From the human T2T-CHM13v2.0 reference genome, Homo sapiens: 64,000 nt of DNA. The notes beneath the pieces are model-generated. The model did not search any database and was not told the origin of the DNA. It saw only the letters and a list, made by a program, of their open reading frames with translations. Below, piece by piece: positions 42,049-56,171 of this stretch. The position numbers and the translations under genes are program-made. Numbering within the stretch: position 1 is the stretch's first letter; each line of letters opens with the position of its first letter. The DNA is taken from NCBI RefSeq assembly GCF_009914755.1, contig NC_060929.1; one strand, written 5' to 3'.

Positions 42049-42805
42049 ATAAATTCTGAGGAATCTCCCAGCACCCATGAAGAAGGGACATCTTATCCTT
42101 GGTTGTCATTGGTCCGTATTGGCATCTGCTTCTGTCAGTCATACCTGCTCATTCCTGCTAGACTCAGTTATTGGCTTTTATCCTTGCCAGCATCCATGAA
42201 ACATGGGCTTTCCCAAATGGATTCAGATGCAAGTCCTAGAAGAATATTCTCTGTTCTTGATTTGACTGATATTGAGTCTTCTTCAGGTCTTTGGGCTTTT
42301 TCTGCTATACTGAGTCGCTGTAGGTACAGTCAGGTTAAAGAAAGTTTTTGATGCTCTTCCAAGTGACATTGGGGTCATGAGCACTCAGTGAGGTTGTCTA
42401 AAGCTTCTCTTTCTTGGTCACTATATGTGCTCTGCCACTGCGGGGTGTGGGTGAACTCTGGGACCTTACATAAGAAGCACAGTTCAGATTTCCTCTGTGC
42501 CCACATCCCACACTTGCAGTGGCTTCCTTCTGCGGAGAGAGGCCAGGGGCAAAGTTGCCAGGGGCACTCCCCAGGCTCTGGTTCTCTTGTCTTTCTGACT
42601 CCTCATGTAGCTCAGAAATCCTCCTGTGTGGGTGAAGAATGCTTGCTGCAAGTGGTCTGCTATTTGTTTTATATCTGACCTTAGAAGTACTAAAGCCAAT
42701 AATTTGAATCCTTTGTTCTCTAGGCTGCCTCTGACAGTTCCCCTTCTGTCCCTTCACCCTTGAGACAATGGCGCCAATTTATGATTCTCTGTCAGGTATG
42801 GTGTG

Positions 42806-42807
<2 letters not shown>

Positions 42808-42836
<29 letters not shown>
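42808..42836. repeat. (TG)n microsatellite
   Basis: About 14 TG units. Confidence 0.95.
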
Positions 42837-42838
<2 letters not shown>

Positions 42839-43326
42839 TGTAGTAAAACAAAACATTTCTCCCTAAAATATTGAGGATTGTTAAGTTAAAAACACTGAAA
42901 ACACAGGGGAACATTCTGCCTCAGCCTGTATTTGCCTGACAGTGGAGGTAAATCCTTCCTTACTGGAGACAGCACCTGCTTTTCAGCCCAGAGAAGGCAC
43001 CAGCAAGCACCAGAGGACCCAAGGAATAGATTTTACTGTCTTCCCATGTTTTCCCACCTTTTAAAAGACTGTAACTGCTCTCCCCTTTTTCTTATCACTA
43101 TGTAGGATTTATGGCTGTTTGTTAAAATGCTATGTAAGCAAAGCCCCTAAGCCACTGCCTTGAGAGAAATACTTTTGAACAAAGGCCTCTCCCACTGATG
43201 GGTACAGCAGGAGTTAATAAACTTCTGCTTGTTTTTCTTTTGTTTATTTGACTTTTGTTTTCAGGAGAATGTCTCAAGTAAGAACCAAAAAAGGGAAAGA
43301 AAAGAAATTATGCTTTCTCCCCTACG
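42839..43326 (+). mobile_element. ERV1 LTR (MER34-group-like)
   Basis: TGTAG...CCCCTAC termini; TTAATAAACTTCTGCTTGTTTTTCTTTTG poly(A) region; flanks GTAT/GTAG. Confidence 0.65.
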
Positions 43327-43759
43327 GTAGTGAGCGGCTTGTTTCCTTTTTTTTTTTTTTTTAATATTTTATTTTTGGAGATCTGGTGTGTTCTTTCTGC
43401 TCTTTCTCCTATTTTCTCCTGCTTGCTGCCTGCTGCCTATAATTCATATATGACAAGTGGAGAAGCCTCAAGGTATTCTTGAGGATGAAAGTCAGATTCT
43501 GAGGAAGGCAGGGCAGAACTGAGTCTGGGGATCTGATAACTTCATGTAGCAAAAGTCCTTGCCCTGGACTTCTTGACCCCAAACAACCCTATCCCTGGGC
43601 TGCTGCTTCTTTTTTTTTTTTGTCACAGAATACATCCTTTGTGTTTAAGCTACTATTATTTCTTCTTTATATGTGGCCAAACCTAACCTAATTAACACTG
43701 CTATCTTCATCATTTCAAACTTGAGTCTACAAGTGTTGTATAGAAACCAAAGTAAAACA

Positions 43760-44190
43760 GAATATTATTCTTGTTCTCAAGGAGCTCAGGAGCCAGTATG
43801 AGGGGTGAAAACCTGCACAAGTTACTTTGGCACAAGGCAAAGCAGGAGAAGTACAAAAGAGATGAGTGAGTGCTGTCAGAAATCAGAGAAGAAAGATGTA
43901 CATAAAGTTTATTGTGGAGCAGATGTGATGAGTGGCTCAGAAGAAGATAGATTTAGAAGAAAATGGGTCGATTTTTTAAAATGGATGAAGACAGGAAGGG
44001 AAGGGCCTTCTAGGCAGAATAAATAGCACGAGGAAAGGGAGCTGCACAGTTTCTGTGCCAGGAATTCTGCATTGCCTGGGTTGGCAAAATTCCTAGGTGA
44101 AGAAGAGGAGAGTGAGGAGAGATGAGGCAGGAGAGTTAGGTTAAGCCTGCCTCTTAGAGGGCACTGAGTGCCCATGCACCAGGGTCAATG
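43760..44190 (-). mobile_element. L2 fragment
   Basis: TTCTCAAGGAGCTCA...GGAAGGGCCTTCTAGGCAGAATAAATAGCACGAGGAAAGG reverse L2 pattern. Confidence 0.55.
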
Positions 44191-44542
44191 TATTGAAAGT
44201 TAGTAACAAGCATTTCTCTTTGTTTTTTTCCATGTAACTGACCTTCTCCATAGTCAAGGCACACAACTTCCTAGAAAACCGAGACATTAGGATTCTTAAA
44301 GTTAGAATGCAAAGGAAAAGCAAGTGCCATTATTTAGCTTGTGACATTCAAAATGGATTCAGCAGCAAGAAAATAAGCCTTGGAAGCCAAATTTTATCTT
44401 AAAAGGAGAACTTTCTGAATTCCATTAATAGGCAAAGAATAGAGCCCTGAGGCCTCAGATTGTAGGATTCTACCACAGTGTTTAAAAGATTCCCCTCTTC
44501 CTTTTGTTGTGTAAGCCTGGAGTCTTGATGCCCAAGTAGGAA

Positions 44543-45295
44543 TGAAACTCTCTTTGCAAGATCATAACAATGAGAAAATTATGACAGTGAAAGAGACATA
44601 ATCTAACCAACCTCCATCTTGCCTTTAACCTCCAAATTGCTTTTGGTCACTCCTGGGCTTGGGCCAAGCTAACTTTGGGAAAAAATTAGTTTATGGTTTA
44701 AATAATAATAGTCCTTCCCCAAAACTAAACTGCCTTTGTAAAACTAATGAAACACTACGAAGTTAGGAAGATGAGAGGAGCCTGAATTCTGCTAAGATCT
44801 AGGCATGAATGATTACCAGACATTATTCTGGCAGTCGCAAGATTTGCAATTTCCGCAATTCCTTCTGCAGATGACATCACTATTGTAGAATCTAAGACTG
44901 GCCTTTTGAGATGTCCTTTCAGGCTTTTGCATTTTTGATGACCAGATGGCCCCACCCAGACCTATGATTTTTGGCTCAACTGCTCCTGTGGCCCCGACCC
45001 AGAAGCAGACTTAGCACATGAGGACAATTTTCCACACACCTACGATTGCATCCACAACCAATCAGCAGTACCCATTCACCTATCCCCCTGTTTACCAAAC
45101 TATCCTTGAAAAACCCTAGCCTCTGAATTTTTGGGGAGATTGATTTGAGTATTAACTCCATCTCCATCTCCCATGTTGTGTGGCTGGCCTCATGTCAATT
45201 AAAACATTTTCTTTACTGCAATTCCATAGTCTCAATGAATTGGTATTGTCTGTGCAGTGGGCAGGAAGAACCCATTAGGCGATTACAGGATTACA
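44543..45295 (+). mobile_element. LTR8-family (LTR8A/8B-like) ERV1 solo LTR
   Basis: TGAAACTCTCTTTGCAAG...GGGCCAAGCTAACTTTGGGA...GGCAGGAAGAACCCATTAGGCGATTACA; TSD GGAA. Confidence 0.88.
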
Positions 45296-45799
45296 GGAAT
45301 CAAGAATAAGACAGTACAGATCTTTTCAATCTGTGTACAACCAGTGAGCTAGAAGCTTCTCTTGACCCTTGGTCTTCAGGAAAGCCTAACATGACCCAAG
45401 GTGGCCATACCTTTTGGCTGGTAGCTATGGTCCCTGGCTGGGAGCCTCTGGACATGAACAATTTTGTCTGGGGCTTGAGCACAATGGAATCAAGCACTCT
45501 TCCTGGGCATGGCCTAGGAGATGCTATACACCCAGTATTGACTTCAGGAGCCAGCTGGTAGGTGGGGTGTGTTGTTACCCATTGTAGACACTTGGACTCT
45601 GATGCTGCTGGAGATGGGGGAAGGGCTCATCTTCCAGGTGCACAGAAGCATGGGGTGCAGCTTGAGAACCTATGGTCAGTGTTCAGAGGTGAGTGGCCTC
45701 GTGGGTACTCCTGATTGACCCAGTTGGGGCTGTTTTTCCATATATCAGACACTTTTGTCCATGTGCAGCAGATGATCCCTTTTATGGTACCCAAACCAG

Positions 45800-46363
45800 T
45801 GGCAGAGTCTCACCAATGCACCACAATGTAGCATTCTCTTGTTGTGAGGTATCACCTGGAATGATTTGTCTCACAACCAAGAGAATTAAGGAGTGTGGAC
45901 ACAAAGGTTGAAGTTGGAGTGAAAGTTTAATAAGCCAAAGAAGAAAGCTCTTTGCTGTGGAGAAGGGACCCGTAAGAAGTTTGCTATTTTTACAGTTGAA
46001 TGCAAAGGCTTTTATAGGAAACTGATGAGGGCTGGGTCTCTCATTTACATAAAGCATGAATTTCTTGTAGTTTCACCCTGTCTTCCTAATGCACATGCGG
46101 ACCCTTAGCTTGAGTTACTCCATATTGCTTTGTTCCCCTTACTGCACATGTGTCAGGGGACAGAATTTTTCATTGTGGGCATGTCCGGGCAAGTCACCTG
46201 TGTAGCCTTTCTTATTTGTATGCCTATGGGCATGTCTTAGGGATGCCCTTCTGTGCAAGTTCCCTTATCTGTGCTTGCAGGCTGTTTTTTTGTTTGAAAG
46301 GATTCAACTGAGGACCCACACTAACTGCCTGCCTGACTCAGTTTTTCCCTTTCTCCTTTCCCA
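45800..46363 (-). mobile_element. MER61 ERV1 solo LTR
   Basis: AGTCTCACCAATGCACCACAATGTAGCA...GAGGACCCACACTAACTGCCTGCCTGAC...TTTCTCCT matches reverse MER61. Confidence 0.85.
46177..46196. promoter_or_regulatory. Candidate p53 response element
   Basis: GGGCATGTCC GGGCAAGTCA: two RRRCWWGYYY half-sites with no spacer, 19/20 match. Confidence 0.7.
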
Positions 46364-46519
46364 GAGTGACTGCTCTAACAATGCACGTGGTTCTGCAAAT
46401 TAACTTCACCACTAGTTTGAATACTTGATGTAGAAAAAAGTGTGATTGCACTCGAAGTGCCTTTGTATTATCACCAAAAATTTCAATGTTTCATTTGTCA
46501 ATGGAAAAAAAAAAAAGGA

Positions 46520-47041
46520 AGAACTGGTCTTTTAAATGTAATTTTAACTATTGTCAATTTTTGAATTTACAATGTTCAAAATTCAAATATTTATGATAGT
46601 TATTTCCAAAATTTTAAATGGCTGTAAAATATCTGGTGTAAAAAATGGTTTTAAACCTATCACTCACTTGTGAGAATAAAGTTTCTCATCAATGTAGACT
46701 GTCTAGAGTTTGAAGAGCTTGTCATTAAAAACTTGAACAGGAATTGTTTGTGCCTATTTTTATGGATAAAAGCTGATGTAATATTTATGTGCATAGAATC
46801 AAGCTCAAGTTTCTCTTAAAAGATTGGAAGATACCTTATTTACGTGTTTTATAAATATTCAAAATTTAGTTACTTTTCTAGTACTTGGGTTTTTATTTAT
46901 TATATGTTAGAAAAATAATGTAATAATTTTTTTCAGCAAGCCATGGATAGGTGTGCCCAGATCCCCTTCAGTTTATCCCAGTGTGCAGTACAAATATTAT
47001 CAAATTTTTATGTTTGTTATGAAAATGGGTGAGAAGTATTG
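46520..47041 (+). mobile_element. Degraded hAT-Charlie 3' remnant
   Basis: ACTCACTTGTGAGAATAAAGTTTCTC resembles the hAT TYLCE..FS region; ends in a Charlie-like terminus (GGGTGAGAAGTATTG). Confidence 0.4.
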
Positions 47042-49976
47042 ACAAAGAACACTCTACTCCCTTTACAGAGCTTAAGAAGGGAGGCTAAGTAAATCAAGCA
47101 TCAAGGATTAATTAGAACTATCCAGACAAGTATATCAGAGAATGAGATGACTAGGACTAATAGTAAACTTCTCAGTTACACTAGAGGACACTGCAAGATT
47201 TAAGAAGCAGCCTTTCATGTAGCCCCTACTAACAGGAAAAATACAAATGATGGCTCAGCAGCATTGATAGGAAGAGCTGGACAGACAGGCCTATAGCAGT
47301 CCCTCTGGTTCCCCGTGAGCGAGGGATGCTGAAATTCCCATTTGTGCCAGGGAGCGGGCATGGAATTGTTAACCGTGATGGGGTCTCATTAAGGCCTGGA
47401 GGGAGCACATAGGAAATACTGTGGGTGGGGCCCTCTGGACTGGGAACAAATGACTGGGGCCTGAAGTGGTTGTTCTCACATCACTCCCAACACAGTCAGA
47501 CGTGGCTGGTTGCACCTCAGAGTCAGTCAATCCAGCCATTCTGCAGCAAGAATCAATGGCCAGAGGAGGCCATGATGGTCTGAGGGCCCCTTCCTGCTGC
47601 TGGTAGGAGGGCACAGTAAATCCCTGTAACATATATAGTGGCTGTCATGGTGGAGTTGGAAGTGAGGGTGCAAAATCAGAAAGACCGAACATTTGGCGAA
47701 GGGTCTGATTCATCCAAAAGAGATCATGCAAACTAGGCATGATACTAGGTTGACTTTGAATACACTATTTAAACTTCATCATCCAAACTGACTGTTTAAA
47801 AGAGATGAGATTAAAATATCGCTAATTGTAACTCTAAATTACCCATGCTACTTAGCTAGGTGGGAGTTTGGTGAGGAAAATCGGGTCAGTCTTACAGACA
47901 GAAGAAACAAAGCTTTCTGGTCTCATCAGAATGCAGTGTGAAAAATGAGTTATCTGTCCTTCACCAGCTGAGAGGTTTAGGCTTCATTTCATAGGCAATG
48001 GGGTGCCTTTAAACCTTTGTTGGTGTCAGCAGCTTCCTGTGCTTTACAGACCAGGAATATACCTTCCTTTCCCTCTTTGCTCATCTGAACGTCCCAACTC
48101 TTCCAAAAAGGACACACACCACTCCTGGAACAAGAACCCCACCTCCACCTCCCGAACTCCTGTTAATGGAAATTATAAGGTTTCCTGTTAGGGAATAGTT
48201 GGGAGATTTCTGTATTTCCCTAAAATAATCTGGCCTAATGAATATGCTTATTAGAGTTTTTACTTCAGTTCACACTATCTTCTTTTCCTAAATCCTAAAA
48301 TATATGAAAATACATTAGGTAACAGAATGATGATGAATCCCCTTACATAAAGTGACTATAACTAGAGATTGTTTTTAAAAAGCTGGCATTGAGACATCAC
48401 CAAAAGCATCCTCCTAGGTCTGCAGAAGGGATTTTGGAAATGGCATGTGATACATTAATTCTAACTTACTGCTTCCCACATACCATGGAACAATCATTTT
48501 TTTAAAGCTGAAAATATTGAATGATTATTTCTAATGTGAAATGTTTTTAAGTCATAACATGTGCATTGTGAAATGCCTATCATATGTGTTTCTTGGGCTG
48601 GTAATCTCTGGGGTGAAGATACATAAAGATGAAAGCAGAGAAAGAATGTTTGCGAGGGAGCCTGGCCCCTCATTGACTATGTTGATGTGTCTTGGCCTCT
48701 CCCACTGTTGACATTACACTTTGCTTAGGATCTGACTTCTTAACTTTTCTGCCTTACTCTGTTCTCTTTCTCTCTGGGATGCATCTTAATGCAGGTCCTT
48801 TTTCTTGAAACACACATATTTTATCCCATAGTTTATGGGAGTCACACAGTAAAAATGCTTTGTGATTACAAAAATTTTTTTCTGTTTTCTTTTACAAAAG
48901 GTACAAGCCCAGTTAAGAAGTTTAAACATGAATTATATATAGAAAAATGTGAATATTACTCATTAAAATGACAACTTCTGTACCTTTTTATTTTTGGTTT
49001 TAAATTACACCACTAATCCAAATACTGTAAGGAATAACTGGTTTATAAAAGGTGATTAAGTTAGGAGTGACAGACACTTACCTTTTAAATAAAAAAGTCA
49101 GATCCTTAATATATCACAGGGTCCTAATTTATAAGGTCATCCTCTTTTAGCAGTCTGCCCATCTCAATTGTCTCCTGGGTTTTCTTAATATTTTGAGGAC
49201 ACAACAATGCTATTATTTTAGGTGTGGTAGCACTGGTGGAAAAATAGGGAAGCATTTCATATTGATGATGCAATGCTTTCCTTTATCCTGACATTCTTAT
49301 CTTTGAATAGGAAAGAGGTAATGTGTTCACTATGTAAATTAATTATAAGCCTTTTTTTGCTCTGTAAAAAGGGGGAATATTAAGGTTTTAGATAGTAATT
49401 GTTCTTTGACTCTGGACATGAGTCTTTGGAGAAATTCTCTTTGGTAAATGCAGTTCACTCACACGCAGTGAAAACAGCCATCAAAAGCTTTCATAAAGAG
49501 GCTGATAGTATGGAGTAATAACTACTTTGAAGGGCGTTGGGGGAATTATTCAGAGGTTCTGCAAAGTGGTTTGGAGACGAAAAGTGCAATATAAATGCTA
49601 AGTAGCCCCATATTTTTCTGGGAAGAGGTGCAGTAAATGTAATCATGGCTCTGCTCAAGCTGAGAAGCCTGATGGCCACCTCTACGCTCATATTTAATGT
49701 TGATGAAATCGCTGACACAACTTCCAACAGAGGATCTCTTTCTTCCCCGCTCACTATCATGTAAATAATTTCCACAAAAGTCAGAGCAATTCCTGCTTAT
49801 GAAAGCTTTACACAATTCCCAGAATTGTGAAGGAAAAAAAAAGCAGGCATATGGTATTTATATAGTGGGTACTCAGTAAATATTTGTTTATTTTATTTTA
49901 CTTTATTTTATTTTATTTTACCATTGCTTTTTAGGTGCCCTTTACACGTGTGCTTTTGAATTCCCCTAACATGATA

Positions 49977-49995
49977 TCAGCACTAGATGGCGCTA
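49977..49995 (+). promoter_or_regulatory. Candidate CTCF site
   Basis: TCAGCACTAGATGGCGCTA closely matches the CTCF core CCACTAGATGGCGC. Confidence 0.7.
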
Positions 49996-50962
49996 TGTTA
50001 CCGTGAAGACTGCCAGGGTGGTGGTGGTGGTGGGGTGAATCTCTAATGTTGTAATTAGCCAACAATGCAGATAAGCAGAGGTTTAATTTAAGTCATTTCC
50101 CCCCTCATTATACTTTATAAGAAATCATGACCTTTTTATTTTGGAGGGGGTACAGGGACTTACTGTATTATTTTATCTCAGCATAAGCAAATTCAATTTG
50201 CTTTAATTCTCACTTTGAAGGAGAGAATGTCAGGCTGCCTCCTGCTCTGTTTCACAGTGTGTGGCATTGGTAATGAGCTCTGACAGCACTCCTCCTGCCG
50301 CTAACTGTGTCACATGAGCCGTCGGAAGGTGACTTGAGATGTGAAGAAATGAAGGTGCGTAATTGATTCTCACAATGAGAACATGCTTTCTAGTCCTTTG
50401 AAATTCCCCTAATGGGCTAAAATGTTATGTTCCTTTTCCCTCTAAAAACAGTTTGTAATGATTCAAATGGTCAATGATTTTGAAAATAATTGAACAGCTA
50501 AGCCTTAAAGTACTGTATACAAGCAAATTTTAGCAGAGGAGAGCACTGGCTTCCACTGTGACTAGAATTATCTTTGTGGGGACAGAGAATATTCCTCCCA
50601 GCCTCCCATCTTTTATAGATGTGAGGTGACATGGTGTTTTAGTGTGTTAATGCATGTTTCTATCTGTTTGGTGTTGAAAACCTTCAAAGGCGATTAACTC
50701 CCTTACAGAAGCTGAGAGGGAAGGAAATGAGTCCTTCACCAGGATATAGGCCTCTGAATGGTGGCGTTACTATAATGATATACATGCTTATGTATCTCTG
50801 TATCTCTACATACTTTAAGTCATATTTGATTAAGACAGTCTGCGGCTACTCAAAAAGAAAATTGGGAAGGAGAAATTGTAGAAAGGCAGCCGGAGAAGCT
50901 ACTAAAGAGAATAGAAATAGCTTGATCCAAGAAAATGAAAGAGGCTAAGGTATAAACTAACC

Positions 50963-51513
50963 CTGCTGTTTCCAAACTACGTGCTGGGACACCCCAAGGT
51001 GCTGCAGCCAACTCACAGAGAGGCCCCAGGATATTTTGAGTTTTTGAAGGAAATGGAGCAGCGTCTACCAGAAACCAAGCAAATGACTTTAGAGTTTTCA
51101 TACTAAATTACACTACATTCCTACAGTCCTAGGTGACATCATATTTTTGCAAAGCTAGGTTTTTGGAGGTTGATGGGATAAAAAGCAAGTAGTATGCAAA
51201 AATGAACAGGAATAGTTAACAAGGATGGCAGTGTCCAGTCTCATTCCAATGATGGAGAGGCTGTGCAGGGCCTAAGGGACACACATGCCCCATTTGTAAG
51301 TAATTGTGGTTATTTAAGACTGAAATGAAAGGTATTTTTTTCAATTTGTATTATTATTTTCAAATAGCTACTTAATTATTAGGACATACATACTTAACAT
51401 TTTTGGATTTAACTACCTAATGAAAGGAATGGCTATGTAGTTTTTTTTTTTTGGTGGTTAAAAAATTACTGAGACACTGAGGGTGCCAGGAAGTTAGAAA
51501 GTTTGAACTTCTG
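50963..51513 (-). mobile_element. MER119 (hAT-Charlie) DNA transposon
   Basis: GTAAGTAATTGTGGTTATTTAAGA...AAAAATTACTGAGACACTGAGGGTGCC...AAAGTTTG..CTTCTG matches reverse MER119. Confidence 0.8.
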
Positions 51514-51549
51514 GGCTAACACTGTTTCTTGATGTCCTTTGAGGAGTAG

Positions 51550-51977
51550 ACACGTTCCTGCCTCAGAGACTTGGCTCTCGCTGTCCTTCTTCTGGAATGT
51601 GCTTCCCTCAGATAACTGGTTGACTCAATTCATCACTTGCAGTAAGTCTCTGCTCTAATCTCACCTACTCCTGGGGGCCTCCACTTACCACCCTCATTCA
51701 TCCTGCCCTGCCCACCCTCCCCAGAGCTCAGCTGTCTCTTCCTTTCTCTATTTCCCCTTTTGTCCATCATCCATCTCACTTTTAATATACTACATCATTT
51801 ATTTATTTATTTATTTATTTTATTATTTTTGTTGTTTATTGTTTGTTCCTCTCACTAAACTATGTCACGTGGAAAAGGTTCTTTGCTTTTTTTTTAAATA
51901 GACTAGTACATTTAAAAAGTGTTTAGAATAGTGCCTGACACATAGAGCTCTTAGTAAATATTTGTTGAATGAATGAA
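51550..51977 (+). mobile_element. L2a 3' end
   Basis: TCCTGCCTCAGAGACTTGG...AGTGCCTGACACATAG...TAAATATTTGTTGAATGAATGAA. Confidence 0.8.
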
Positions 51978-52269
51978 AAGTTCTCAGTGGCATCTCAAGC
52001 CTGGTAAATACATGTTTTGTATCTATTTATTTTACAAAAATGTATATAAAAATTATACAGAATAAAATATCTTAGGAGCTCTGAGGTGTTTTGTAATTCA
52101 TATACTGGAAAAATAGTTAACTGAGACATTTTTGTGGTTGTTGTTATTGCTTAAATAAATCCTATGTTTTTGCTTTATAGAATGAGAGAATGAGTACATC
52201 AAAGATTGTATTCTTACTTTTCCTAGTTTCTCATTCTTTTACATAAGCCAATATGTACCTAGAGCTATA

Positions 52270-53375
<1,106 letters not shown>

Positions 53376-53609
53376 TACTTACTAAGTTCCTTTAGTTGTC
53401 ATCCAGTAGGGGCCAACGTTCTGTGAAAGAATTAGAAAGTATCACAAGGCATTAATTTAAAACTTCAGTCTTCTCTGAAGTGAAGAACAGCTCACACAGA
53501 TTAAGTACCATGGGTCTTGTACTGATCGTTGTAATTACTACAAATAAATGAGAGAGGGAGCTCACACCAAAGTTTGATCCAAAGTAAAAAGGATTCCATG
53601 TTGACTTAG

Positions 53610-54152
53610 TGTATTGGTTCTCTATGCTGAAATTACCATAACTTAGTGGCTGAAAACAACACACATTTCTCACCTCATAATTATCACGGGTGAGGAGATG
53701 GCACAGCATGGATTAGCTGGCCAGGCCCTGTGGCTGCCAGCAAGGGGTCAGGCAGGTTGCATTCTCAGCTGGAGGCCCAACTGTGAAGGATCTTTGTCCA
53801 CACTCATTCAGATTGTCGGCAGAATTCATTTCCTTGAGGTTGAATGACTGAGGATCCCCAGTCTTACCGGCTGTCAGCTAGAGACTGCCCTTGGGTTCTA
53901 GAGACCACCTGCAGTTCCCTGCCATATGACCCTCTCCAGAGCCCGTTCCCAGGAAGGCAGTTTGCTTCTTGAGGATCAGAAAGAGAATCTCTCTCCTACC
54001 TGCTGAGATAAAGTCTCATACAGTGTAGCGTAATTGTGAGGGTGACATTCCATCACAGGTCTCACCCATACTCAAAGGGCGTGGATTTCATAAAGGCATT
54101 AACACTAAGACATGGGAATTATTGGGAGTCACCCTTGAGTCTGTTTGTTACA
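53610..54152 (-). mobile_element. MLT1E/F-like solo LTR
   Basis: TGTATTGG...ACTTAGTGGCTGAAAACAACAC...GGCAGAATTCATTTCCTTG...TTACA; near-TSD CTTAG/CTCAG. Confidence 0.8.
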
Positions 54153-55064
54153 CTCAGGCAGCAGAAAATGGAGCACCCTTTATGTTCTTTCCTAGTCCCC
54201 TATTTGCCCCCTAAGCTGTATTTTAGAGTAGCCCTCTTTTCCCAGCATGTATTCTCCTTCAAGACCTGGGATGTTTACTGAAAGGCCGATCACTTGTGCT
54301 CCCAGCATGACCTCAGACAATGAAGTTCTTCAGGCTGAGGTGGTCTCTTTGCAGCTCCCTGAGATGTCCTCGTTCCCTCAGCACATGCTGCAATCTCCAG
54401 CCCCCTGGTCTGACAGAATTGGGTCTACTTTAGGTTCTTTGCTGCTAAAGCTCTGGGTTTATTAAAAAATAAAGGTTTGAGAATTATCTATTATGGTTAT
54501 TCTCTCTGAGTATTAGGCTAAATAGTTTTATTTTTTAAAGTTTCATTGTTATATTTGTGATCTCATGAGTTATTACCTTTGAATCAATAATAACATGTTA
54601 TGTCTAGCAAAGCACGTTTAGATATATTAATAATATGAGATATTAATACAGTACATATATTTTCTTATCATAAATATAAAATATTACCTATAAGAAATCC
54701 TATGCCTGAACTCTTCTTATCTAATTAGAGTTACTAGACTATTCATTGCTAATGTAGGGAGTAGGATGATGTTACCTTAGTATCAAAGAAAAATTACAGT
54801 AATAGAAGTAGTGAACAGCAAGGTGGAGTTTTGTAGCTAGACAGGATCACTGATGAATAAACACTAAATCTTCTACTTCCCCTTGCCTCCCCTGTTCTCA
54901 GATTTTTCTCATGGGTAACATCCATGAAACATGTTCACTTCTATTCAGTCCTTGGGAAAGTGGGAGAGAGTTTTGTACTCAATGATCTCAGAAATCTTTG
55001 GACAAAAATGTGACTCCATTTATTATGTAGTGTGATATTAACTACATATTAAATAACTATATTT

Positions 55065-55183
55065 TGCTGGGCACAGTGGCTCATGCCTGTAATACCAGCA
55101 CTCTGGAAGGCTGAGGAGTGATTGAGGCCAAGAGTTTGAGACCATGCTAGACAACATAGTGAGGCCTTGTCTCTAAAAACAAA
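55065..55183 (+). mobile_element. FLAM/Alu left monomer
   Basis: GCTGGGCACAGTGGCTCATGCCTGTAAT...GTCTCTAAAAACAAA, single arm only. Confidence 0.85.
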
Positions 55184-56171
55184 TGTTGGTACTCAATATC
55201 TTTTAAAAACAAGGTTGGAGACCACCATTTTGGATTAGAGAGAGAGGGTTCGTAATTGCTTTCTTGTAACATCTCTACAAAATACTTCCACTCTCTTGAT
55301 AAATCAACTAATTATAAAACTGAATTAAAAAATTAAAGAAAAATATAACACTGATTTAAGGAAATTAATCTTTTTTTAACAGTGACTATATCATTTCTAT
55401 ACTATGAAAAATTAAATGTTATTAATAAAGACATTAACCTATCAAAAGATATATGGGGGCTATTTAGAGAAAACAAGTAGGAAAAAAAGTCATATTATGA
55501 AGTAAAATTCATTGGGGAAGAATACTAGACTGTTTTTCTCAACACCCGTGAGAATCATAAATCCATGGAAACTGAGGAGTCTCATTTTTCTTTGGCAAAA
55601 AAGAACCGTGTGAAGCTTTACCAGGGGTATGAATTTGCATTTATAAAAAGCTATAAAAATTTTAGTAAAGCCCTGTTTTTAATTATTTCACCATTCCATG
55701 GGTTTCATTGTACTGTGGGTCTACTCTGTACCCAGAGAGAGCATATTATTAGGTAGTTACCCAAAAACATACTCAGGATTCAACTATTCTAATAAGTAGA
55801 TAAGCTTTTAAAAAGGTTTGTTAAGCACTGCCAAATAGTGCCATATAGAAATATGCATGGTTTTTCTCCATGGCCTCATAATTCAAAGCATCATGGTATT
55901 TATCCTATCTTTGGTTGTTGAAATACAAAACTGGACATATATGCATGTTGCTTTTGTAGGAATGTTTAGTTTAACCTTTTAAGGTTTTACAGGCTTGATG
56001 TGGACTTTAGAGGTAAGGATTTTTTGAGGCAGAGATTTCCTGTGTCCAGGAGAGGGGAGATTCAGAAAGGCGGTCAGCAGGCTGTCCCTGATGGGCAGGA
56101 AGATGGCTCTTCCAGGTGTCTGGAACCACACTGGGAAGGCACAGCATCCAGAATACTTGTATGACCCAGGG

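Noticed and set aside
49491-49815. Minus-strand ORFs of 94 and 89 aa as a host gene
   Set aside because: No recognisable protein similarity and no convincing splice sites; better treated as non-coding.
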